Assembly (NCBI GenBank): GCA_039545335.1 | Contig: BCIN01000009.1 | Coordinates: 372,001 to 436,000 of the forward strand | Reading direction: 5' to 3' | DNA length: 64,000 nt | Source: Kondoa subrosea | Taxonomy: Eukaryota | Shown: in pieces, positions 55,355 to 64,000 of the stretch | How positions within the stretch are numbered: position 1 is the first letter of the stretch | Layout: every line of letters begins with the position of its first letter | Translations under genes and position numbers: made by a program | Notes under the pieces: generated by a model | Told to the model about the DNA's origin: nothing | What the model saw: only the letters and a program-made list of their open reading frames with translations | The model's database searches: none

Positions 55355-56782
55355 TCACTATGTCTGAAGTCGGAGGTAGCTATTTGAGCTAGAAGTAATG
55401 ACTCACCTTAATCCTGTTGAGGTAAATACCGTTTTGCGTGACTAGAAGAAAGCGTTAGCCAAAGAGTAAAACAACAGCAAGCATAACCGACTCTTTGTGT
55501 CAATGCTGAAGCAAGCAATTAGCGCTGAAACGCAGCAAAGCAAATCAAGACGCACCGATCTGTCTTATTGTTCAAAGTATCCAATTTGGCATTCTGAGTT
55601 CTGACTTCCTCTCCAGCTGCTCGAGCCAACAAATTCAAGCTCTTGCTCAATTGACCAATCTCATCCAAATTGCTGTTTAGCTCATCTTCAACCGCATCAT
55701 CCTCTTCATCCGCTTCAAACTGATAGCGACTTCTACCACTTAATTTAGATGAGGCAGCATTAGCAGCTTGAGAAGAATATTTAGTTTTAGCTCGATTATC
55801 TTGTTCGGCTTGTCTGAATGTATTGCCAATTCGTTCACGGGATTCGAAAACTTGTCTACGAGTTTCTTCACGTTCCTCACGTTCCTCATGATGACGATCC
55901 AGGATCTTCCTTTCCGCTGCATCACGTTTAGCAGATTTGTTCCAGGTGAAAGAAGGACGGAAAATGGATTTGTTGAGTTGCTTGATTTCTTGAGCTTCAT
56001 CTCTTGCTCGATCGTTGTGAGCTTTGGTCATGTCCAAGGCTCGTTCGGTATTAGCGAGGCGTTCTGTCGTATGACGAAAGATATAGCATCAGTATGACTC
56101 TGATGCGCAATCAATTTCTCGACTGACCGGACTGATCACCCAATTTGACCAAAGTGTTGCTAGCAGTCTCTTGAGCTTCTCTAGCAGCTCTCAAAGCGTT
56201 TCTAGTAGAAGCCAAAGATTCTTGTTTAACAAAGCGAGTCTGTTGTTTAATAGCTTCGACTTCCTCATCTTCGTCATTGATGTTACCTTCTTGCTGATCT
56301 TGACCATAAGAAGAATAAGGTTGATCTAAATCTTGCTGACCGTAACCTTGTTTAGGTGGTCGAGCATCTTTGAACAGTTCTCTCCTGTTCATATCTCCAT
56401 CGTCTCCTCTATATCCTCCTTGCCTTGGCTGTTGCTGCTGCTGATACTGTCCTCCACCGTAACCCTGTGGCTGTTGCCTATATCCACCTTGTTGCTGAGC
56501 AGGCTGAGCGGAACGAGGGTCCCAAGACGAATAGCTTCCAGAAGCATAGGTCGGTGGTCGTCCAGATTGGTTGGAAGCGACAGAATTAGTCCTTTGAGGT
56601 CCTGGCTGTTGCTTTTGCTGAGGAGCGTAGGCACTTGGTCTACCACCGCTCAGCAGATCATTTCGAGCTCGTTCGTCAATCACAGGAGGAACTATGCCAG
56701 GCTCAGCTTAGCTCAATTTGAGTATTCAGAGGCTGAACAGAGGCTCACTCTCTGATTTCTTGGATTTGCTGAAGAAGGACAT
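55355..56782 (-). CDS. SEC9: Plasma-membrane Qbc t-SNARE
   Basis: EVEAIKQQTRFVKQESLASTRNALR; LNKSIFRP; YQFEADEEDDAVEDELNSNLDEI. Confidence 0.92.
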
Positions 56783-57073
56783 GATGGTAACAGGTTGAGT
56801 GTTGATTCACAGCCATCTGAAATTTGGAAACGCGAAGTATACCAAAAGCGGCGACAAAGAGTCACGAATCTTACTAGAGTGATGGTCTCGAGCTATAACG
56901 CCCGTCTCAGGTTGCATATGGACGGAATAGCGAGTACCCACGCCAAGTCAATCGGAAAACTTGTCGATGATGCTAACAAGATCAATGCAATAAGAAGTCC
57001 TTCCCCAAGCCATGATTGTATATGCTATGCTGTCCCAAGAATTGCAAACCATTTGCCTACTTCTATCGTGTAA

Positions 57074-59586
57074 TCAGATAAATGCAGAGACATCACAGCC
57101 GCGTGAGAAGTCATTGATAACGATACCTGATGTTCCGGATTCAGCAAGGGCCACGCGAAGCAGACAAATGACTTACGAGCATCATGCGAGCAGCCTGAGA
57201 CGAGACATCAGCTTGTTTATAGTGTAAGAGAGTACCAGAATGGCCTACTGATAATTTGACGGCTGTAAGTTAAACAAAATTGTATCAGCGCAAGGCTGTA
57301 TCCCTCATTGAAACTTACTGATCCATCTGAATTAAGGTCAGAGACTCAAGATTAGTAATGACTGGGAAACATTTCAAGGCAACTCCCTCACAGTACCTAT
57401 AAGACATCATTCATATGAGTTCACAGAAACGGCACGTGAAGCGAAAGTCAACTTACAGCCAAACACGTAGCTAGAGTGACCTTTATCAAACTTCCTCAAC
57501 AACTTGCCCTCTTTCGTGTCCCAAAGCCTAACAGTCTTATCATAACTAACGCTAACCATCCTGTTCTTGCTAGCATCGAAACACAAGCCTCTGACAAGTT
57601 CATCGTGCCCTTCAAGCATATGCAAACATTCACCATTCGTCGCATCCCAAATTCGAATAGTTGCATCGTTGGATCCGGAAATGATTCGATCTCCATCCCA
57701 AGCTACGCAAGCTAATCCACGTTGATGACCAGAAAAGACTCTTTCGACTTCACCAGTCTCGATATTCCATAACCTGTCAGACATATTCAGCCTTAGTTCC
57801 TTGGGAACAAAAGATGAACAGGATCCTGACTTCAAGAAAGAATCACCCGAAGCGGAGATGATTCTGTTCCCTATCATTCGGACAGCGTTGACTGGACCAA
57901 AGTGGGATTTGAGAACTCGATGCGCGTTGCCAGTTTTGCGATCCCAAACTCGAATAGTCAAATCCTGTTGGTAAGCATTGTTGAGCACCTGGACGCAGGC
58001 AGATAGTATAAATTGACACACCTTTGAACATGAAACGATATGTTCATCGTTGAAAGCCAAGCTGAGTACACCAAGCGTATGACCACGCAAAGTTTGCACA
58101 TAAGACCAAGTCTTAGGATCCCAAACAATGATGGTTGTGTCAGAAGAGCCAGAAATGAGAATCTTGTCATCGAATTGCAAGCAAAGAACAGATCCAGTAT
58201 GTCCAGTCATGGTTTCGATCTGTTTGCCAGTTTTCGCATTCCAAACTCTATTGAACATTGGTTAGCTAGTTACACAGAGGATTCAGCTAGCATGCTTACA
58301 TGATACTTTGGTCCCTGCTTCCGCTCAAGAGCAAATCACCTCTTTTCTGAATTGTGTAAACCGCATCCGTATGACCTTTCAAAATCTTCAGTCTAGGTTT
58401 CCCATCCGCCCAATTCCTATCTAAGATAAAGTGATGCTTGTATAAATAAATCCAATCCAATCCAGGTTGTGACAAGTTGAAAGATCCACCATGATAAGGA
58501 CTAGGTAAAGGAGCGAAAGGTGAGATAGCTGAAGAAGAAGCTCTTCTTTTGACTGGAGTAGATTGTACCAAGACGTTGCCTCCATGATCTTGAATTGGGC
58601 TCATAGGAGCTAATGACATACTCCCTAAATCAGTAATGAGATTGGATAGTTTCTTGGCTACTTTGCCAGCGATGCCGGGAGTAGTTGGGACTTCACCTGT
58701 TGTTGTTGTTGATCCTGCGTTGTTATTGAGAAGAGAGTGAGTTGATGGTGAAGAAGGGAAGCGTGAATGAGCATAAGGCGCGAAAGGGTCGACAGCGGCC
58801 ATAGCGTCAGCTGCCGCTTTCAAGATTTCAGGTTTCACTTGCCAGCCGACGTTTCGATAGAAGTGATCTCGCCAAACGATATTGTCTATCAGGGAGTGAG
58901 CAAATGATGACTGCCAAAGGTGAAGACTTACCTGAACAAATGATGTTCCAAGACTTAGATACTCGGCTAGCTCGGCAAAGACTTTGCGCATCAGAGTACA
59001 GCAAAATGTAGGCGCTCAGTTCCGAAGGTAAAGCGCAAAGAAAGTCGACGCGATGATCTTCAGCAAAAGAGACTCCTTCGTCAACGACTTCTCCTTCTTC
59101 TCCATCTAAAGGTGCTTGAGAGTTAATTTGAGCTTCAGTCTCCTCAGGAATCTTGCTCTTCTTACTTGGCGAAGTTAAACTTCGTGTCAGAGCTCCTAAA
59201 CCGTAAGACCAATTTGAGGCACGCGTAGCATCCGTACTTTGAGGTCTTCTGACAGGATTACGACGTGGTTGAGGGCGTTCACGGACAGATCCAGCAGGTG
59301 AGGCATTGGTATTGACAAAGCTGTTCAACATAGAAGGAACGATTCGAGTAGAGCCAGTAGTAGCAGCTCGAGAAGGTGATTCTGGCATCTCTCTTGTAGA
59401 ATGTTCCTCATCATCAGTCTCGCCAAATTCCGACTCAGTGACCTCTTCATCCGATGATTCTGAATCTGATTCCTCAGGGGCTGCAGCTACTTGCTCTTCT
59501 GCCTCTTCATCCTCAGAGGACACTGCTTCAGATAGGTCAGAGCTGACTGTCGAGGAGACGTCGCTGGCATCCGCTTCCGCCGACAT
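57074..59586 (-). CDS. F-box/WD40 protein (FWD1/beta-TrCP-like SCF substrate receptor)
   Basis: F-box 'DFLCALPSELSAYIL..ASRVSKSW'; seven GH..WD repeats including GHTGSVLCLQFD and GHQRGLACV. Confidence 0.9.
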
Positions 59587-60699
59587 AGTACTCGTCACGG
59601 TTCGCAAGAAAAACAAAGGTGTCGAAATCTCAAAGTCTATCACACTATGTGTAGTAACGACAGCCTAGTATTGGCGACGCGCTCTCGATACAGGAGATCA
59701 TCAGCAGGGGACTATCTTTACCATTGACGCTAGAGGTCATAGTGACCGCGGCTGAAGCATAACGCGTTAGGCTTCTGACATGAATCATCCTGCCTGTACA
59801 CAGATCAATGAGCTGAGAACAGCAGAAGAGTTGAATGTACTTATCCATCGCGCTTGAAGCTGTGTGAAATTGTTCACATGCAACGGTGTGAATGACTATA
59901 CACCTACAATAGCATTCGAAGAAGTATCCAATCTCGTTTCCGACCACCATGCGAGACAGACAAACTTCACAATTCCTAAAAGACACAGCTGGCAGTATGG
60001 CCCGAACCCATGTAAGAATTGATGTTAACAGTGGCATTTCGAGGAAACATATCGGAATAGCTATCCTATTCTGCCGAAGAATTGACTGAGATATGCAGAC
60101 TAACGGTATTAACAGACAAATTGGAGCAGAATGTGTTGAACCGCCAATGAAGCATTGGCTTTATGCTGCGGCAGATGGAAAAGACTAAGCCTAACTCAAT
60201 GTAGTATTGATTCGAACGAATGAAAACAAACACGAAGAGGGAGAGATAGAAGGATGAGACTAGGAGAAGAGTAGATAGATACCAAAGCGCCTACGTTCGT
60301 AGCACGTACAGTCATGCAGATTCTTGGGGATAACATTCGCACGATGCAGAAGATATCATCGCACTTGAAAATCGGAAGCACAAAAGAGAGCTTGGAAAGA
60401 GCCGTGCAAACAAGATGCAAAAGCACATCCGCATGACCTTGGAACAACGTCTTGCTACTAGCTCAGAATCTCAGCTTGTCTTTTGCAGCCAAGCTTATGC
60501 AGCAGGTCTCCTTTGTTCACAGCTTGAGTTCGAAGGCGTCGCTGTACAGGTCCAAATCCACACGATTTCTGAAGGTTGCTCACCTTCGTCCATCTCTTCG
60601 CTCCCATCTCTCGTCTTCCGCCTTACTCCTCTCCTCTGACCCGTCACCTCCCGCCTCGCAACCTCAGACATCCTCTTCCTTTCAGATTACAACCAAGTC

Positions 60700-62173
60700 A
60701 TGGCAACAGCTGAAATTACCGAACAGCTGTCGAGAGCAAATTTGAATGAGCCCAGTGCTATTCAGCAGGACGGGCAACAAGAGTACAACGATGGCTACTT
60801 GAATCTGCGCTCACTCGTTTCTACACGTGAAGCGGGGATCATTATTGGAAAGGTCAGCGCTTACATTCAATATCTGCAGTGTGCAGTTCTGAATGAGAGG
60901 TGGTCACGACAGGGAGGAGCTAACGTTGCTGCTATTCGTGAAGCCAATGGAGTGAAGATGGGCGTCAGTAAAGCAATACCAGGTGTGCAGGATCGAATTC
61001 TTTCAGTAGGCGGATCAGCAGAAGATATCTCCAAAGTACGTTTTATTATCATACTATTAGATCCAGCTCAGTTGTAGCACAGGCCTACTCTATGGTCGCT
61101 CAAAATCTAGTTGACAATACTTCAGCAGATCAAGCCGCAGCAGCATCTGCCAGTCCTTCTCCTACCACTATTCGTCTTTTAGTAGCACACGGTATCATGG
61201 GTAGTATCATTGGGAAACAAGGTGCCAAAATCAAACAAATTCAAGATTCCGCTTCTGTTCGAATGGTAGCTTCCAAAGATCTTTTACCTCAATCAACCGA
61301 ACGAGTAGTAGAAATTACTGGAGCTCCATCAAATATCGGTTCAGCAGTCTTACAAATTTCCGAATGTTTGGTAGAAGAATCTGATCGTTCATCAGGCACA
61401 CTTCTATTCCATCCTGCTTCAGTTTCTGCACCCGTAAACTCTTTGCATCAAGGTACACCGGCAAACTACAACCCTTCTCATCCTGGTGGATTTGGTGGTT
61501 TATCAGCTTTGAATCAAGTTACAGCCGGTCTTTCTCGGGGAGGACGAGGCGGTCGTGGAGGAGCAAGATACCCTTCAGGAGGAAGAGGTGGAAATTCGAA
61601 TGGGTACAGAAGAAGTTCGGAAGATCAAAGCCAACAGAGACAAAGTAGTAATGCAAATGCTGTCTCTGGTCAAGTGGATGAAGCGGATCTCAAGACTCAA
61701 AACATTTCATTCCCTGCTGACATGATTGGCTGTATTATTGTGCGTGATGCTGCGTTCTCGCAAAGTGATCTTTGCTCATTACGGATCCATGACGCACAGG
61801 GTCGAGGTGGCAGCAAGATCAGCGAGATTAGGAAACAAAGTGGAAGTCGGATCAATATCTCGAAAGAGCCAAACCCAGAGAATGGGTGAGTGCAGCGCTC
61901 CTCTTTGCGGAGCTACAATTGATTTGATTTGACAAACAGCGAACGTCTTTTCTCTATCATTGGAACGACCGAATCGTAAGTCCAAGATTCGTCACATAGA
62001 TATCAGAGCTGACGAAGATTATAGCAACGAGAGAGCTCTGTTCTTACTCTACAGTAGTCTCGAGAAGGAAAAAGGTGAGCCTGTTATCCGTTTGCCTCGA
62101 AATGAGGCCAAGGGGGACTTTGGCATTCACAGAGAGACGAGACAAGGAGCAACAGCATGCACAAGAAGCATGA
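60700..62173 (+). CDS. Three-KH-domain RNA-binding protein (hnRNP K/Hek2/Rnc1-like)
   Basis: IIIGKGGANV; IIGKQGAKIKQIQ; CIIGRGGSKISEIR; RGG-rich linker between KH2 and KH3. Confidence 0.92.
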
Positions 62174-62756
62174 AGCATTCTACAAACGTAAGCTCCCCAA
62201 TCTGCAGATTCGGCTTACTTGACCTCCTGGTGTCTTCAGATCAAATTGCCTTGCAAGTCTCAACACTAATAGTTCCTCTTTCGACTATACTGTACCATCT
62301 ATCATCTCACCTTTCTCTCTTCAATTCAGTCGGTAGCAAGCAGTTCTGTGATAAGTTCTGGCAAGGGCGGGATCTCTCTTCTTGTTGGTGGTTCGTCTGT
62401 CCGAAGTGAGGTATGCCTCTAGAGAAGTAAAAGTATAACTGCAGAACGAGCAGAAAATGTATATTTGACACTTTACCCCGAGTCAGCGAAAGACCTCGAT
62501 TCTAAAGTTGTTTGATCTTCGACTTGGTGCAGCCACAGAATCGCTAGTGCAGACTTCTCAGCCCACCAGTATAGCTGTCCTGCAATACCTGATTCCTCAA
62601 GACCATTGTTTGCTTAGAATCGACTCACGTTTGTTGGCTTGAAAAACAGCATCTTGCATTTCTGCTCGAAGACCTGCGTTATCTCTCGGGAAGCTCTGCC
62701 TGAAGTCTGCATTGGAAGCCTGGATCAAGCGTGATCCTTTGGGCTCCGAGTAGAAC

Positions 62757-64000
62757 ATGACTTCTCCGACAAACACAAATGGCATTGCTACTCAATCTCC
62801 TCCCCCAACGCTAGGCTCACCTTACAAACCTTACTCTGGCTTGAACTTCGTCTCTCACAACAAGAGATCCAGCTTGGCCGATCTGCCCAATCTGAACAAA
62901 GATGGCAGCAAACAAGCTCTTACATCTTCTGCTCTGGCTCATCGCAGTCTGTCAGGCGACTCGCACGACCATCTAGGGAAACCATCGTCCAGAAGCAGTA
63001 CCGATTCCTCTTTCTCTGCTCGAACCAGTTCATCATTGGCTACAAGCATAGAATCGCAAGATATGAGTAGTACAGCGTCCACAATACTTGCAGATGACAA
63101 TAAGATGGTCTCTACGCCTGAAGTATCGGCTATGGTGGAAAGCAGACGAGCATCTGATCTGGATCTGCTGCATACGGCGAAATCAACTTCAGGCAATTCT
63201 TTCCTCAATGCCAAACCTAGTCCACCACCTGTTCCTTCTACTTCTTCGCAACCTTTACATACCCAGTCTTCCAATTCTCCTACTCTGCTACCGGTCTCTG
63301 ATGCCCAGATGGATGAAGCATATGAGAAACGTGGGCGAGCCAAACATCTAAGTTCTCCACCCGGATCACTAGAACACTCTCCTACAGCCACAAGCAAATC
63401 TTCCGCCAATACTTCGCCTAGCCGAGTCTCCTTTTCTCGGTCAAGTTCAAGCGCAGAATTATCAATGTCACCAGGATCGAACAAACGACAACATTATGCT
63501 CGCCCAAGTATCGGTTCTGTCGTTCAAGCAAAACGTCGTCTTGCAAGTGCTCCATTCAATAAACCACCTCGACAAGGTTCTGTTTTATCAGAATCTGAAA
63601 TTCCAATCTTACGACCTGAGATCCCTCGTCGTACTCGATCGAGGCATGCAACTCGTGCTACAGATTTACCTATGGGTAATTCACCTCTACATCTTAGTTT
63701 CAGCTCTTTGTCCAAATTGGACATGAGTGCAGTTCCGCAAAATCACGGGACGCATCAAGATGGTGAAAGTCCAAGATGGGCAATAGATGCTGGTCGATCT
63801 TATGATGGATTATCCAATTTGGTTCTGACTCCTACAACGGAAGAATGGAAGCAGTTGGGAGGAGATATTGGTCGAAGTCGAATGAAATTGCGAAGGTTGA
63901 ATTCGAGAGGTTCAGAAATTGGGTCGCCTAGAGTTGGAGAAACTGAGTTGAAATACGATTCGGACGGGAATGAGGAATCATCGGATACTTCAAGCGATGA
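62757..64000 (+). CDS. Ser/Pro-rich hypothetical protein, 3' truncated by window edge
   Basis: Uninterrupted frame from MTSPTNTNG.. to the window end (>410 codons); not in the ORF track because it has no stop. Confidence 0.75.
   Translation, partial: MTSPTNTNGIATQSPPPTLGSPYKPYSGLNFVSHNKRSSLADLPNLNKDGSKQALTSSALAHRSLSGDSHDHLGKPSSRSSTDSSFSARTSSSLATSIESQDMSSTASTILADDNKMVSTPEVSAMVESRRASDLDLLHTAKSTSGNSFLNAKPSPPPVPSTSSQPLHTQSSNSPTLLPVSDAQMDEAYEKRGRAKHLSSPPGSLEHSPTATSKSSANTSPSRVSFSRSSSSAELSMSPGSNKRQHYARPSIGSVVQAKRRLASAPFNKPPRQGSVLSESEIPILRPEIPRRTRSRHATRATDLPMGNSPLHLSFSSLSKLDMSAVPQNHGTHQDGESPRWAIDAGRSYDGLSNLVLTPTTEEWKQLGGDIGRSRMKLRRLNSRGSEIGSPRVGETELKYDSDGNEESSDTSSD

Overview
Eukaryotic, intron-dense (mostly ~50-60 nt introns), very compact fungal DNA. 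Gene content and style suggest Basidiomycota, possibly Pucciniomycotina (inference only). The ORF track breaks most genes into fragments, so genes were rebuilt by reading splice sites by hand. About 29 protein-coding genes: ARID/SWI1-like, RING-CH E3 ligase, DUF1275, a large GHKL-ATPase/HExxH protein (DUF3684-like), copper-fist TF, TRM7, SES1, TIM9, an orphan, a 74-aa microprotein, ARG5,6, SEN54, MAPEG, LSM1, N2227 methyltransferase, XMAP215, CSN8-like, GOT1, FAD monooxygenase, GH9, APC permease, SKI3, a degenerate SDR, AA9 LPMO, SEC9, F-box/WD40, a KH protein and a partial Ser-rich ORF. No transposon, rRNA, tRNA or CRISPR was recognised. Most interesting: a ~19-intron AA9 LPMO with a 3-nt Trp micro-exon beside the His brace and an unrecognised 4-Cys C-terminal module; a membrane-anchored GH9 with its catalytic-base Asp replaced by Asn; the ATPase-metallopeptidase fusion; frequent GC-AG introns and micro-exons; and a 61-bp bidirectional spacer. 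Exon boundaries are manual predictions, and family names come from motif recognition, not database searches.
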